Below are positions 1 through 14,800 of a stretch of DNA of 64,000 nucleotides, piece by piece (position 1 is the first letter of the stretch; each line of letters starts with the position of its first letter). Source of the stretch: Lingula anatina. Its lineage: Eukaryota > Animalia > Brachiopoda. The position numbers and the translations under genes were made by a program. The stretch is from the NCBI GenBank assembly GCA_051362555.1, contig CM120648.1, positions 6,444,587 to 6,508,586 of the forward strand. Reading direction: 5' to 3'. The notes below the pieces were generated by a model that saw only the letters and a list, made by a program, of their open reading frames with translations, made no database searches and was not told where the DNA came from.

Positions 1-1906
1 TCTTATCTTACCTGACAGATGCGTGACCTCAATTATAGGTCAATGTATAATATGTATAATTAAGTGCAACTTCAGTTACAGTTAATGTAATATTATATTT
101 CTTGCAAATTATATTAGAATGCGGGTAGTTGTTAAATTATACACATTCTATATATGGGCCAGATATGAAAAAGTTGTTACCTGCTGGTATCATTAACTGA
201 CCATTTATCTGGAAATAAAGAGAATTTGATTTTGTCTTACAGTTTGCTTTATATAGCAGTTAAACTTGTACTTGTTTTTAACTCTGATAAAAAGAAATAA
301 TAAAGGGCATGCAGTCAGCAATTTCAAAAAAAAAAAATTTTTTTTTTTTGAAAAGTGGACCTTTTCACCATGAAACCTCTAAATACATGTACATAGAGCC
401 TGGATGAAATTTTGAGTCCAAGTGGATCTTTTCCTGGCCAAAAGGCTGTTTTTACCTGAACTACCTTTGAACCACCTTTGTCTGTAGACCTCAGTTTTCC
501 AGGTTATTTGGTTCCCTCCCATTTGACGAGAGGACAACTCTGACATCACATGAACTCTTGTCTCAAACCCGAAAAAACACAGCATGTATACCTCTGTGTA
601 TTTACTCATCACACCCCCATATTTGAGTTCAGAGATTAGATGAACCTGTCTATATAATCTGATTAGTAGGTGCCACATCTTGTAGTAGTCAGAGGTCGCT
701 GTTGATACTGTTGTAGACCGAAGCATATTTAAAGCTGGAGGACAGGGTTGCCCTCAAGAAATTAATCAATGGTTAAATGAAATTAGTTTAAATGGAATGA
801 ATTAAAGCAATAAGTATAAGGGCAACTAAGAAAAAGCATGGGAACTTTTTTGTGCCACTGGACAAATTCAATTAAAAAATAACACTTCCATTGTGGATGT
901 ACGAGTACTTGACAATATAAACCTTACACACATTTATATAGATTACGGCTTCTTGAGTCGGAATCCTCAATATTCAATCCATAATTCCTGGAGAATGGCA
1001 TCCTAACCCAGAAAAATGTCAATATCTTCACAGACACTTATCAGATAATGCAAACATTGGCGGCATTGCTCGGAATTCTTCTCATGTGGGAGTCTCTCTC
1101 AGAATATGTACTATTGGAGTTAAATGAGGAATCTCATTGAAATATATTATACTGCAACATGTGGAATAAAATCCTTTTATATTTGACTCCTAATACATAA
1201 CAAGGAGTGGAATGGCATTTAATCTGAAAATAATGTCAAGACCAGGCTGACGATTCTGGCATTTAAATCCAATATTTGAGGCCAGATTACAAGACCTGGT
1301 AAGAAATTAATGGCATCTCATCCAAGAACAATATCCAATTAAGGACCAATTATTAAGCCCTTGCTGTTCTTCCATCTGCTGCTCTTTTGTGTCTCCGGAA
1401 GTCGGTGATTCTGTCTGAGAAATTAGGGGTTTGATTTTTTGGAGCATTGATGTTTTACTGGGTTTTTATAACACAGTTATTGGTAAAAGTATTCTGGGGT
1501 ACCGCTAGCAATTTTTTTCGCATAGCCAAATCACCACTTTTTTGTCAATTTGTTATCAAAATGGTTAAAATTTGACCAAAACAAGTCAAATCAAGCCCAT
1601 TTTCTTTAGCCAATTAAGGCCAGTTTTAGCATCTGCCTTTCTATATAGCTGTTAACTGGTTTTCTTAAGCTGGTTTTAACTGTTTGATTTTGGTCAGTGA
1701 AGTCCTTTCTGTCTAGGTTATTGGTTACATTGTTGAGAAATGTAGAAGATATGTATAAAATTTGCAAATGTATATTTGCTTTTATTTTTTGTAAAAACGT
1801 ATGGTAATGGTGCCATAAATGTTTCTGTAGAGTATGTGTCAATCAGTTGGTCTGCAACGTCAGCATAACTTGAATTCACTTGACCATCTGCTTGCTCTCT
1901 CTCCTT

Positions 1907-1940
<34 letters not shown>

Positions 1941-2570
1941 GCGGATATGTGCTTGTATAACACGTGTACGTATGCACATAGAAACAGAGAAAAAAAGAGA
2001 GATGACGTGTTTAGGGAAAAATTGAGACAGACAGCCCTTATGCTTTCTACCCTGGGGATACAGACATTTTGTGGCCACAGATTAAGTAATTGAAGATGAT
2101 TCATCAGCACTGAAACCATCCATATTATAATCTCTGTGGAAGTGGTAATTAAAGTTAGGGAGCAATTTTTATGTGTGAATTAACAAGAAAATGACATTTT
2201 TTATGTTGGCACTTTGTACACGGTTATAATATTTGCCAAAATCTCATGGCTTTACAAAAGAAATAAATTTAAGTAAATACATAAAATTAAAATAAGTGTA
2301 AAAAATGCTTATTAAAATTAGTAAATAAGTAATCCAGAAAACAGTTGTTAACTGCTTAGTAAACTTTGCTGTATTATTGTCTGCAGGGAGGTAGCAAGTA
2401 AGAACTGACGGAGAAAACCAGATTAAACATCATCAAATTAAAAATCATCCGATAAATTCAGGTTGACATCTGGGTCTGTGTGGTAATTAGTGATAGTTGC
2501 CATGTGGAAGTCAAGTCAAAATATTAATGAAGACGTAAAATATTAGCAATTCTTAGGGATAAATTACAGA

Positions 2571-2611
2571 ACATCATATCACATCACATCACATCACATC
2601 ACATCACATCA
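2571..2611. repeat. (ACATC)n pentanucleotide microsatellite
   Basis: About 8 tandem ACATC units read directly. Confidence 0.9.
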
Positions 2612-4373
2612 ATGAGTATGTTCTCTCTTCTTTTTTCCTTTATGTCACAATAACTTCTGAAACTATTTTTTTTTTCTAAATCAAGGATGTATTTTCATTT
2701 TTGTCTTTTCAAATAGCTGGATAACCTTAGGTAAATTTAAAGTGATAATAACTCTTCGTTTCGGCCAAAAAATGAATTTTCCTGGAGTAAACAACAATTT
2801 CCCCATACTTACCAATGGTTAATGAATCCATTTTTACATTCAAAGTTAGTCTCTGGTTTTTTTCTAAAAAGTTTGGTTTTTTGTTAAAATCTCTTAAGAG
2901 ATTTTAACAGAGTATTGCCATCAATGGAGGTCACGTGGTCTAAAGACAAGCTCAGATACCAGAATAATAGCTGTAACTGCCGTTTTTGTGGTAAAACAGA
3001 ATATATTTTATTTCTATGAGTTATTCACAATGTTTTTATTGGGAAATATAAATCTCATACGAAGAGTTATTATCCCTTTAAACTTTGAACCATATCTACA
3101 GTAAATGTGTCAAATACAGTATATCTCATCTTTTTGCTGTATAATTAGAACATGTGTAGTGTCGGCTGTGATCCTCTGTGCTGGTGGGATGAAACGTTGT
3201 CAGCTAATAGTAGAAAGGCAATCACAAGCATGAATGAATTAAGCAGAAAATGATGAAGAATTACGGAACAAATTGCTTCATTAGCAGTGAATAAAACTAC
3301 GAGCTGCATATTGATATGAAGCTAGGCATGAGAGTGAGAACAATATTTTATCATTATGAAGTATTTTCAGTGTCTTTGTAGAATTAAGGAATATGATCAT
3401 GAAGATTTATAGTGGTTGTTCCTAAACAATGAATTAAAAGTGTTCCATTGTTTTACTTTATAGTAAGAAATACTAGTAAGTGTATGCTCACTTGGCCTTT
3501 TTTATTGTCCATGGCCTTGGGGAAAAATGAACACATAATTTTTATAACTGATGGGATAATTACTCATTAAATTTAAGCAACTGACTTATTCAAAACATTT
3601 TTTTTTTTCAAAATTGATAAATTTTCAGTCAAATTAAGAAAAAAATCTCTGTTGAAAGAAACATACTAGATTTGGAATGCTTTAAATCAAAATTTTGGGA
3701 ATTAAAAAAAAAGTACATTTTTGCTTTCTCAAATGCAACAATTTGGTTTAAATTTATTTCAAAATATGACCATAAACAAGATGCACTCAGTAGCATCAAG
3801 ATAGCTGACTTCATTTTCATTTTTTCCTAGAAATAAGCAACCAAAATTGCCTCTGCTGCTGGCCTCATGTGTGCAGCTGTTACAGAACGGCTAATTTCTA
3901 CTGCCAGTGAAATCATATCGATCCTCTGCAGGATGTAAATGCTGTCTATACACAACCTTAGCATGTAGATTTGGTTTTGCTATCTTGAGGGAGATGATAA
4001 ATCCCTACTCTAAGCTGTGAAATATATGGGATTCTTCAATATATGGTCAATACATGGCTCCAGGCTTAATCTTGGCTATGTTATAAAGTTTTATAAAGTG
4101 CTAATATTAGTAAAACCTACTTTGAATGAAATGAAAGGTGTTTTGTGAATTTTGATATTTTTTCGCTCTTTAGAGCTGAAATTTTGATTTCAACAAAAAT
4201 AAAATTGACTTTTTGCTCTAAATAGCCCAGTGGTTTTGTTTGGTACAGTGTTGCATAGACCTGACTAATGTATATATATGGATCAGTGCTGGAAATTATA
4301 GAACCCTCAAATTCTGAAAAAGGGAAATACCATCACCTATTTAGACAACTATTACTATAGCATAGGATCAATG

Positions 4374-4660
4374 AAAAGGTCATAGAGATATATACATTCA
4401 AAAGAATTGAAGCAGGTAGACAAATGAACAACAGGATGGATGAAAAGATAGATGGTTAGACAGACAGGCAGACAGACACACAGACATTTTCTATAATGCT
4501 AATAATAATATTGTAGTACAGAAGCAAAGAAAAGGTCATCTAGATATATGCATTTAATAGAATAGAAGCAGATGGACAAATGAACAACAGGATGGATGGA
4601 AAGATAGTTAGACAGACAGGCAGACAGACATACATACAGACATATTTTCTACAATGGCAA
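4374..4660. repeat. Diverged tandem duplication, about 155-bp unit, two copies, with (GACA)n tracts
   Basis: AAAAGGTCAT...GACAAATGAACAACAGGATGGATG...GTTAGACAGACAGGCAGACAGACA occurs at about 4374 and about 4530. Confidence 0.85.
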
Positions 4661-5054
4661 TGTATGACAATAACAGATAATGGGACCATATATTTCAGTT
4701 TAGGTCCAGATGGTGGAGTACAGACTAATTACCCCCCTCGGGGGTTTGGGAGTGCTTAACCCACTATTGATCATGAAGAAAAGACTGCTCCACTAGTCTG
4801 TAGGGAATATTAAAAACATTATGTAGACATTTCATTTTTAATGGAAGAATATGTTTTGCGTCTGTGAGGCACTGATGCAATAATTAGTATTAATTGTTCA
4901 AAGTAGTATTAATACCTAATATAAGGGTATTTTTCGTACAAAATATAATTTTTTACATGGAATTTTTAGCTAAATTCATCTATTAAGGTTTGGTGTGGTA
5001 GAATTGTGCTATGTGAGCTTGATAACCTGACTTAGTCTTGTTCTTTTGTTACAG

Positions 5055-5130
5055 GTACCGGTACATCTTACCCTGATGTCCTGAAGTTTCATCACCCTGA
5101 TGTATTCTTGGATGTTATATTAGTATAAAG
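5055..5130 (+). other. Candidate non-coding 5'UTR exon of the kinase gene
   Basis: Strong acceptor (tcttgttcttttgttacAG) and donor AAG|GTAAAT. The first coding exon also starts with an acceptor, so upstream UTR exon(s) are expected. No transcript evidence. Confidence 0.4.
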
Positions 5131-5158
5131 GTAAATTTTGATAATAGACATAAGTCAG

Positions 5159-5210
<52 letters not shown>

Positions 5211-8200
5211 CACATTTTGGTTAATACTTTTGTGTGAGAGAAGAGAGGAGAAATCAACTGATCTGGAAGACATGTTTATTTCTAACATCCACCACTATTT
5301 CAGATTGTGCGAAACTAAGTGCTATTATATGTAAACAGTGTAGACACCTAACATGTAGGCAGAGAGGCAGCATTTACACAGCCAGGCCATGTTTAAAATA
5401 GCAGCTTTGTAATTTGTATTGATCTGTTACTATCACTGTCAGAGCCTACATCTCTTCATTTTTCTCTCTGCCATATGCCATGTACTAAAAACTAGAAAAT
5501 GCTTGGTTTTAATATTTCTAACTGTTGTGCTTAAAAGGAAAAATATAAAGCAGATGCACCAAGGGTCTTCTACACTAACAGATGTGAGATTGATTTTTGC
5601 AGAAACTATGAAATTTCTTAAGACGGCTGATTTATGCTTGGGGAAATATTGTGTCAAAATTTATCTCACCATATAAAACTGATGGGCAGTCATTAAGCCC
5701 CCCCCCTCCCCAGGAAAAAAAATCATTATCTTTTATAATCCTATGATTTATGGCATCCTGGTGTATTATTCTGAGGAAATGCCACTAGAATTACACATTA
5801 CAATTACAAATTAGTTCCTGGTATTATTTACTCATCATATAATGCTTTTTTGAACTCCCTATGTTAGAAACTTAATATATTCTTCTGCTTAAAGCATGAT
5901 TTCCAAAAAAATATTTTCTTTCAGAACCCAAAACAAACCAATAAAAAAGAAAAAATTATGGGTTATAACTGTTATATAAATTGTAGTTTTGAGCTCATAA
6001 CTTGTGTGCATGCAGTTATGGCATGTGTGGTACTAGGAAGCTAATTATTTTCACCCTCCGCTATCCACTACCCACCACTCCCTCCCCCCCCCCCTCATTC
6101 CCCACCCTGACTCCACTTCAGCGTCTATTGTCTCACTGACCGTCTCAAGAGTCCAGTCATATCGACCAATCCTTTGTCTTCTGTATGAGTTCCAGATCAT
6201 CACAATTAGATGTCAAGTGCCCTGGTGGTGACCTGTGATTCATCCATTGACATATTTCAGCCATCACTTTTCTAAGTTCTGATCAATACTTGTCTTCTTT
6301 ATAGCCTACAGGCACAGTGGTGTTTGTTTTGCTCAGACAGTCAGAAAAAGTAATGATAAATTAATAAAAGATAGAAAAAATGATTATGAATAAATAAAAA
6401 TAAAATATAATAAGTAGTATAATTATAGTAAAAGAAAAGATAAAATGAATATACATCATATCTGTTGTTAGAATTATACAATTAAGTAAAAAAAAAATAA
6501 GTAAACGTTTTTGGAAGTAGGGAATAATTATTTGTGTTATCTTTTGTGATGTCTTTTGATTGTGTCCTGTAGTATAATAATCAGTTCATTTTCTCATCAA
6601 TATGGTGATTATATTGATCAATGGGACACATTGTGGTTAGATAATGAACGAAAGGAAATGAACCGTGTGAAGGAGGTTGATAGATAAAAGATTCAGTATT
6701 GAATACCCTATTGTACAACACATTTGATGCAGTGTGAACTAAAGAAATAACTGCTAAGTGCTTTAGCACCTGTCTTTCCTAGTCAATGGTTGTAAGTATA
6801 TTTATAGACTTTTTCCCCTATATTGATTCACTTTATTTTCAGATATTATGCTATCATTGATATCATGTTGTGCAAATAAATCCACTCTTTTTGAGTTCTA
6901 AGGAAAGTCTTTGCAGTCCCTTGTCTGGCTGCATAATATTGTTAATATGATAATTCTATATGAAAGATAATCTCAGTAGAATAGAGAAGAAAGAGTTACT
7001 ACAGTACACACTGTTCTGAAAAGTGTATTGTCTGAAACTGTTTTGTATGCTGCGCAAGGAATTCTTATCTAATATTGGCGAAGTTTAAGTACGTGCCTTG
7101 AAGGAAAAAGAACTGCTCATTTGTGTATGTAATTGATGCCATAATACCAGTGACATAATCCATCATTTCTGCTCACATTTTCCCATTAAACTTTAACTGT
7201 CCTTAAGAAGTGGGTGGAGTGTTTACAGAGTACGTCACAAGTAATTATAAATAAGCCAGGGGGTTGTTATCATTGAAAAGCATTAATGGGCCAATAATTA
7301 CCTTCTTTGTTTACTTTTCTCTAGTTTTAATGTTTCTGGTGTTTTTTAATTGTTGAATTATGTTGTAGAATAAAACTGGTTGTTAAGACAGAATAGAGTT
7401 TTAAACAATTTGTGGTGTGTGTAGTTATGATTTGATTTATTATTTTATGAGAAAAGTTTTGGTAATAACTCTGTAAATTTGCGTAAAATTAGTTAAATGT
7501 TTTTTTACACAATACTTAATGTATCATCGGCTTTTAAAGTGCAGTAAGAATTTGTACTGTACATTTTAAAGAAAATTTTGCTTGAAGTAAATAATTATTT
7601 AATTGCCAGTTTTACAGACAAATTATTTGCCAATAATTGCTAAAAGTGCATCATTCCCAAATAATATAAGTGCTATGGAAACTGATCTTTAGTGAAAAAA
7701 AGAAGACAAAATCAGTGAAAGCTTTAAGATTTGGGACTCTGTTAATATCCTCTGGTGACACAACAGATGGACACTGTCCACTTCACCTTATCTGGATTGT
7801 AAATCCCATTAAGACAGTGAATTATCACGTCCAGACAGAGTTATGTCACCGTGACATGGAGAGAGTGCAGGTGAAGCCACTGGGTAGTTTGGTGGACATA
7901 ATTGAGGTCTTAAAACACAAGTAACATGTAATCATGTTTATGTGTATGTCCGTGACCAGCTCTCATACTCACCTTTTGGTAGAAAGCTTGTTTCTACCTT
8001 TGGACCATGTCCAGGTAGTAATTTTGTTTTTTTTTATCACCTCCAGCAAGGATTGAGGCTCTTGACCATCATCCAAAAATCAGCATCCCCTGGAAAACCA
8101 ACATCAGTCTCAATAACAATTCTTTGTTTTATTTACCTTTGATTATTGGATAAACTCATGTTGTGACAGTCTACAGCTGTGGGTCAGTTTGACCAGCCAG

Positions 8201-8547
8201 TTGAAGTATGGAAGTAATACTGCAAGTTTGTAAACTGCTGTGATTAGCTCCATCGGTCTTAAATTAACCGTGAAATTGGTCATCATCTCAGCTGACCAAA
8301 TGCCAGGACAAGCTGGGTTGGTTTTAAGAGTGCAAGGTGGCTGTACGTGTTATGCAGATAAAATAGTGGCCAGTTTGAAGGTCACTGCAGTCCACAGGAC
8401 GGTCAGAAAAATCAGTTTATGTAGTAACGAAGTGGGATGTTTATTCTTGACCGCTACACCATAATCCCTGTAGAGAAATCTGAACAAATTCTGTCTGTTC
8501 TGACAAAGACCTGGAGGAAGATGGTCAGGGGTTCTACTGGTCTTTGC

Positions 8548-11500
8548 CATATATTGGATGTATATGTGTATACATACTGGTTGTGCTCATAATTCGCGCG
8601 ACAATCCGTATGCGTATACTCCATGTACGTATTAACTCTGTACTCACGCCCCCTGAGAGACAATGGGTTGTTTTGATAAACTACAAAAGCCTGTGCGGGT
8701 AGCAAACAATAGCGACGTGGACTCATACAGGGCCTAAGCGCACAGGGGGAGGAGCACATATGTAAATTATTGTACGGGCGACCCTTGGAGACGGGAGTTC
8801 GTCTTCGCCAAGCGCGACGGGAAGTAAATTGATGCGCGCTATAATCCGACTTAATTAACAGCTTTCAACTTGGCAGTATTGCACCTTGCTCTAGGCTGAA
8901 TGTCGACCTGCCGTCTCGTTGTTTTGTTTGCTTCTTACAATCAGGGGGATGGGCCTCTGCTATTTAATACATTTGAAGGATTTTTTTTTGTAGATTTGGT
9001 GAATTTCTCGAGCGATCAGTCTGTGGCCCATACCAATTAACTCTTCCGATCTTGGCAGAAGTCTCCCTAATTTTGGACGTATCTACCGATCTCCCTTTTG
9101 TCTCGATACATCACACTTTTCTCTTTGTCCTTACGTTTGGAAACTTCTCAGGTTAAGTGATAGGGGTATAGATAGCACTAAACAATAAAAAGAAAATACC
9201 AACGACAAAGCCGTGCCAGGTCTTCGTGTGAGTAACATCCAAAACACTGTACATGTATGTTGTTTTCGTGGAGACGAAGCTGGTTTCGAAAGGAACCTAA
9301 ATAGCGATAATTAAAACCACAGCTGGGTAAGCTACCTGGACATTGTAATAAGTGATAGATACAATACAAGTCGCCGAGCCGAACTTGAAATATAACGAGC
9401 GTATTGTCGAGCCACAGGTTGAGTAATTTTCGGGTACAGCTCGGTGGCGAGTGTTGCATCTAGCTTAAACCACAGCCTCTCATCGGTTAGTGCAATGTCC
9501 TTGCGATATATTACTGAATGCCAGCTGAGCGGTGGAAAATTAATTCCATGCAAAAATTCTTGTTGGGCATTAGAAAAAATTATCAAAAATGACTTAGTGT
9601 GTCAATTCGCCTAACGGCAAGGGCTTAAGTGTTTGTGCAAGATCGGTCACATAACTGCATTCGCTTACTGCAACTCCTTGAATTATGAAATAGATTAATT
9701 AAAAGAAGATCTTTAACTGATACGTGTGCAAATGCTGTGGAGGAGAGTTCGCCCAAACAAATCATTAAGGGTAAATGGCATTTGATTAGCCTTTGTCGTG
9801 AACACAATAACATCATGTATGAAGTAAGTCCAAATTAACATAGTTTTAATTTTTTTCAATTTACTTCATGCATTATAACAAGAATAGTTATCAATGTTGT
9901 TTTCATGTGTACATGTACGTCCTAGGGATCGATGGTGGAAGTAAAAAGACTGTCATACTTTTTTTGATAACCCGCTCGTCGGCTGTGGAAATTACAATAC
10001 AACGCTTTGTTTGCTGGTTAATGATCGCATTAAGGGGTGGCCGATTTCGCACCTTTTACATTTCATTCAATGGCAGTTACAACTGGTAGTCGCCCCTTTG
10101 TTTCGTTGTCCAGTGTTACCTAATGACTGGGTTGTAAGTGACCTTGATATTAAAAACTATTCCATTCTTTGACTAGGTCTACTAGTATACATCCCAAGAG
10201 CGTTCTCAGGCAGCAATTGTTAATCATTAAACAATAGCGATAAAGCATCGGTTTCGTCAAATTTCAATCTTTGGGGCCATCAACAGTGCCTAAATATTCA
10301 AGAGACACCAGTAAACTAAAGTACTTTTTCGTTGGCAGTGTCAGGGTGAACAAGAAGTTATAACTTCTTGGGGTGAATCAAAATTTTCTCAATAAGGTGC
10401 TGGTAGGCTAATGAAAGACTAGGAAATAATCGTTAATTGCATCGAGAATTTAATCCTGTGCAACCTTCTACAAAATGAATATTTTACACTACTGCATGGG
10501 TCGTTATTCATAAAGAATGTTTTAACGTTTTATAAGGTTTTTGACAGATAAATAATTTCACCAAAGAATCTGCTCTCCGTTATTTGTTTTATTTAGATTT
10601 GATTAATTTTATTTAAGAGAAGTCAACAGATAAAAGTGCAGCGAAAAGAAATAGAGGAAAGAGGAAACTATCAAGAAAAAGTGATGGGAATCCTTAATAT
10701 TAAAAACATTTACGGGAAATAAGATTGATGTCCTTATCTCCCCTCTTTTTCTACCAAGCCCGCTTGCTCAAACGATTCATTCTTACTTCGGGGAAAACAA
10801 ATGATAAAATGCAGTAAATGTAGAAAAGAAGGACACGAACAAGGGAAGAGGGACGGGAGTCTTTAATATCAAAATATTTACGGGAAAAAAAGTATGTGAG
10901 AGTGATCTTTATCTTCCGTCTTTCTCTGCCAGGTCGTCTTCTCCAATGCAGGTGAGGTGCTCTCCGCTAGTTTAAAAAATATCTTTCTGCATAGACAGCT
11001 TGACGATTGGTGATCGAATAATTTCCAGTTTTCTTTCCTGTGGCAAGAAAAGGAGACACCCCCCCCCACCCCCCCGACACCAAAACGCATATATTTACAG
11101 ACCTAGGCAACTTTCTACGCGCCCTTCTTATCTGTGTAGCACACGAATTAGACTAAATCATCATCTGTGATAATTTATCAAATCGCATGATTAATAAAGA
11201 TTTTCGTGCGCTAGATAAGACCCTACAAAGGAGGCAGCCTTTTGTAGACCTTAGATGTATTTTCCATGTGGCCTTCTGGTTTCGGACCTGAAGTCCTCTC
11301 TGTGTCTGTCTGTAAGACAAGAAAAGTTAATGCGCAGATTTCTAAAGAATCACATTTGAAAGAAAATGCTGTCAAACGCATATTATTTACACTCGTAAAT
11401 ACTGTACAGAATCATCTCTCAAAAATACGCTTACGGAAGGGCATTTTAAATTTTTATTCTCAGTAAATTTACGTTTTTTTAATAAGTATTATTTTATCTA

Positions 11501-12888
11501 ATTAATACTGTCCATATATTTAAATTCAAAACTAATGAAAGTGAATTATATTGTGTAGAATATTTACAAATTCCATCCATGTGTTCAAAGTCTAAAACAA
11601 AAAGGTTAAGCAAACAAAACATGATCGATGCAAACTTTTTGAAATATATATTTCGCATGCTGAAATAGGATTTTAATAGTATAACACTGGAACTATAATT
11701 GGCTTTTCATGCATGTTAGATTTTCAATGTCAAACTTGTTATTTGTATTTTATTAAAGAAAATTTAAAAAGTAGTTGTTGATCAATTTAAAAAGACAAAC
11801 TACATTACCAGCCAATAGGCACAATCTGCTTAAGGATCGACCTGAAAAAAAAAATTAACACAGACCCATTTATAGATAACGAGCTGCTTTCTCTCAACTT
11901 AATTACATTATTTATTCATTTCATTATTCATTTGAAAAGAGCATCTTGCTTGTACAAAGAAGCAATGAATTAGAATGTTGTTATTACTGCAATTACAAAA
12001 TTAGCCTATATTTCTACGATGAACCACTCCAGGACATAAATAGATCCCACTTATAAATAACTCAGTGCACAGCAGCTTGAGCGCTTTGTGGGGTATCAGC
12101 CTCCGACAAGCAAAGTTTAAATTTTTATGAATGTATTTTTTAATGATATCGTTTTTCAAAAACACACAGAGTCCTTTTTCGCATGGCTGTCGACCTGCCT
12201 CCCTCTACATATAAAATTCAAGATGGCGCACGTGCAGTGACAGGCCCGTATGGCTTGACAGAATAAGATGACCGAATAATACGCGAAAAACTTTCAAATG
12301 AGATAATGTCACGGTAAAAGACGTTAAAGAAGCGAATATACAGATAATCTTCACAACGTCTGAAGTAGTTTATTTTATTTTTGCTCATTACCTCAGACGG
12401 CACGCTCCGTGGTTTGTGACCGATACTGCATTACGTCATTTTCAAATTAACGTTGGCCGTTATGTGGGAAAATTGTGGATAGCAGGACAAAAACTCACAA
12501 GTAAAATAAATATTAAATCTTTCAAACAAAACTTTGCAAAGTGAAGAAAAACCCGTTAGCAAGGCAGGAGATAGGCCCTGTGTCAGCCTAGAAAAAGGAA
12601 CAGTACCGGCAGATAAGCAACTATGTAATTACGTCGGCTTACAGCAAGCGGCAATTAACTCCCCGTCGAGCATAAACAGGGTGACAAGCCGCCACCGATG
12701 GACAAGCGGGGTTGATTTGCATATCAGCGAACATAGGGCGGGCTTGACGTCTTCTCATTTTCATTGCCATTGTGTTTTGCCCTATAATTATCTCGTCACC
12801 ATGTACGCATACAGACGTCAGAAAATGATCAATTAGTTGTCGCGGGAATTATAGGCATGACAGTATATACATATACATCCAATATATG
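8548..12888. mobile_element. About 4.3-kb element with long, diverged terminal inverted repeats; unclassified non-autonomous DNA transposon candidate
   Basis: Left end CATATATTGGATGTATATGT...ATAATTCGCGCGACAA matches the reverse complement of the right end TTGTCGCGGGAATTAT...ACATATACATCCAATATATG. A second inverted match lies at about 8812-8858 vs 12622-12670. Interior is CpG-richer than the flanks; no transposase ORF seen. Confidence 0.65.
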
Positions 12889-14413
12889 TATATGTATATA
12901 TGTGTATAAAGAGATCCATGTTCATTAACACACTGGTAATGCACCAACCGGATCATTATATATTATATTGTTCACTTCAAGGCCAAGATAATCTATGTAC
13001 CAGTACAGAAATATATTGAAATTGAACATAATCATAACTAAAATCATGAATTATGAATCTTGGAAAAAAACTTGGTAACTGAAGAAGTGTGCTTTATGAC
13101 TGATTTCATTGGCACACAGTGCACGTTAAATATGCTTTAATTTCCCTTTTTTTTTGCCAGAATTGATAATCAGTTTTCTCCAGTCAGATCCGTCTCTGTC
13201 CAGGTCAATACTACAGCATGCACATCTAAAACTGGTGCCCAAACCTGGCAAAGATCTCTTTTTCATTGATCACAAATGTATGAAACATTTTATATTTAGC
13301 AAGCTTTGGCAAGTGGCACTTATTATTGGCTGTACTAGATCTATAACCATAACCTCTTCATTCATGGAGGGATTGGAGTGCAGGTTGTGGTAGAGAAGAT
13401 AGCTGTGTCACAACTAACACAATCAGCAGCTTCTGCTACCAGGTCCAACATTAATGGGAGAGTTCCATGCTGTTAATTGTCTATATGGTTAGGAATTTGA
13501 CTCAGTAACATTTAAATGAAATAAAATAGTCTTTTTTTTATATAAGTTGGAATAAAATTGATCTGAAGATATTCAGTAATTTGAGCACAACCTTAAACGG
13601 GAATATTTTTGTGTTTGTTTGAGTTTCTGTAATGTTGATGTTTCATGATGTGTTTGTACGTAATAAACCATAATAAAAAACGTCAAAATCCATTGTTTTT
13701 GAGCCAAGTGCCACACCAGGTTACTAACAGTTTATGAAACGATAACTCCAAGTTTGGCAGTTTTCTCAAAGAAGGGGGAGAGTTGAAGTATTTGTTTGTT
13801 ATACAATGAGATTAATTTAAGTGCAAAACTAAGTGCTTAGTGTGTGATGAAGACATTTTGCATGTGGTATTTTGTAGATTCATAAATCTAAATTATATAT
13901 TGCATCAGAAACTATGATTTAGAAAGAAAACAATAAAGAAATTGGTTTTGGATAACATTTGAAGACTAGCCTTGGGGCTGTTAGATTTTACCTATGAATA
14001 TAAGTGAATATTATAAATATAATAATAAATATATTATAAAATGTCAGTTTATGACTTTTTGAGTTGTTTTATTAACTACAAACCAACTGAGTCAAAAACA
14101 TAACATCTCAGGCAGAGGTAATAATTATAGTTGACGCTCATTTCAATTTTTACATTATAAATCAAGTGTTTATAACACAACTATTGGACTCAGCCAAGTT
14201 TCACTCATTAAAAATGAACTAATTTTTCTGCAAACACAATCTCATAAAAGTTTACAAAATAAAGAATTATAATATATATTTATTGTCATTTTTCCAGGTC
14301 ATAAAACTTCAGATACATAGAACATGGTTGGTTGAAGAAATCCCCCCCTCCCCCAACACACCTGACTTGTTTAGCCACTGCCCTCCCAGGGGGGCGTAGT
14401 GGGCAGTGCCACC

Positions 14414-14485
14414 ATGGACCTCTTAGAGTTTCTTAAAGAGGCCGAGCTCCAGGAGTATTATACTGGACTGAAGACAGACTTAAAG
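14414..14485 (+). CDS. Ack-like: ACK-family tyrosine kinase (PR2/Ack-like), coding exon 1, SAM domain N-part
   Basis: GCCACCATGG Kozak context; MDLLEFLKEAELQEYYTGLKTDLK; donor AAG|GTACAG, phase 0. The exon probably starts at the acceptor at 14298 (tttttccAG). Confidence 0.88.
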
Positions 14486-14800
14486 GTACAGTGATGTTTT
14501 TTGTGTGACAGGAATTTTATTTTTCTGTGTCAAATTTTCAGTTTTGTGTTTTAGGATAATGAAGATGTTTTAGGTGCCTGGAAGTTGACATTGTTGCATT
14601 CAGTTTATATTTTGTTTGCATCTGTTTTAAAGAAAAAGCTATACAGACTAAACATCTATACAGCATTATTATTTACAAATATCAGTACTGATAATATTAT
14701 TTATATTTTATTTAATTTCTTTCAAAGGTGCACAATGTGTCTCAGCTGAAGTATATGGAGAAAGCTATATTTATATTTCATTTCCATCTTTCTTTCCAAG

